Positions 63,911 through 64,000 of a DNA stretch of 64,000 nt are shown here, piece after piece. Every line of letters starts with the position of its first letter. The stretch's first letter is position 1. Source of the DNA: Bdellovibrionota bacterium (GTDB lineage: Bacteria; Bdellovibrionota_C; UBA2361; CAKMMH01); the NCBI GenBank assembly GCA_050952645.1, contig JBMNLI010000007.1, positions 26,993 to 90,992 on the forward strand. Direction: 5' to 3'. The position numbers were made by a program, and so were the translations under genes. The notes under the pieces are model-generated. The model did no database searches, had not been told where the DNA came from, and saw nothing but the letters and a program-made list of their open reading frames with translations.

Positions 63911-64000
63911 CTAAAATTTTTTTTGTAATTTTTTATTTATTTGAGCAGCTTTTAATCTTACCTTATCAGCATCTATATCAAACGCATTTAATATAGTTTT
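63911..64000 (-). CDS. Possible 3' end of a gene entering from beyond the window
   Basis: Open frame KTILNAFDIDADKVRLKAAQINKKLQKKF*. Confidence 0.4.
   Translation of the reverse strand, partial: KTILNAFDIDADKVRLKAAQINKKLQKKF

Overview
Very AT-rich chromosomal window of a diderm, probably flagellated bacterium. It is mostly housekeeping and cell-envelope genes: alpha-2-macroglobulin (3' part), flagellin, lytic transglycosylase, pgsA, smpB, lepB, aas, ung, rsgA, comEC, pyrG, rpsA, mscL, ffs-dnaX-ybaB-recR, tRNA-Asn, tRNA-Arg, lemA, three GT4s, an NtrC-type regulator, moxR and mltG. Accessory content: a four-copy YgjV-family array with two decayed copies; an intact group IIC intron inserted right after a hairpin of a dispersed, modular inverted-repeat family (9-10 copies or fragments here); a 1156-aa poly-Ser/Cys-rich protein; two paralogous lipoproteins with duplicated promoters; a lipid-linked glycosylation locus of the DUF2298 (Chlor_Arch_YYY)/TIGR03663 type; a HEPN-MNT pair whose HEPN lacks its catalytic His; and a Cas4-like Fe-S nuclease with an inserted two-TM hairpin beside comEC. 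dnaX has an A10 run at the gamma/tau junction followed by a hidden ~200-codon -1 frame. Several other genes have single-base homopolymer frameshifts, so assembly error is an alternative for all frameshift claims. Family assignments come from motif recognition only; no searches were run.
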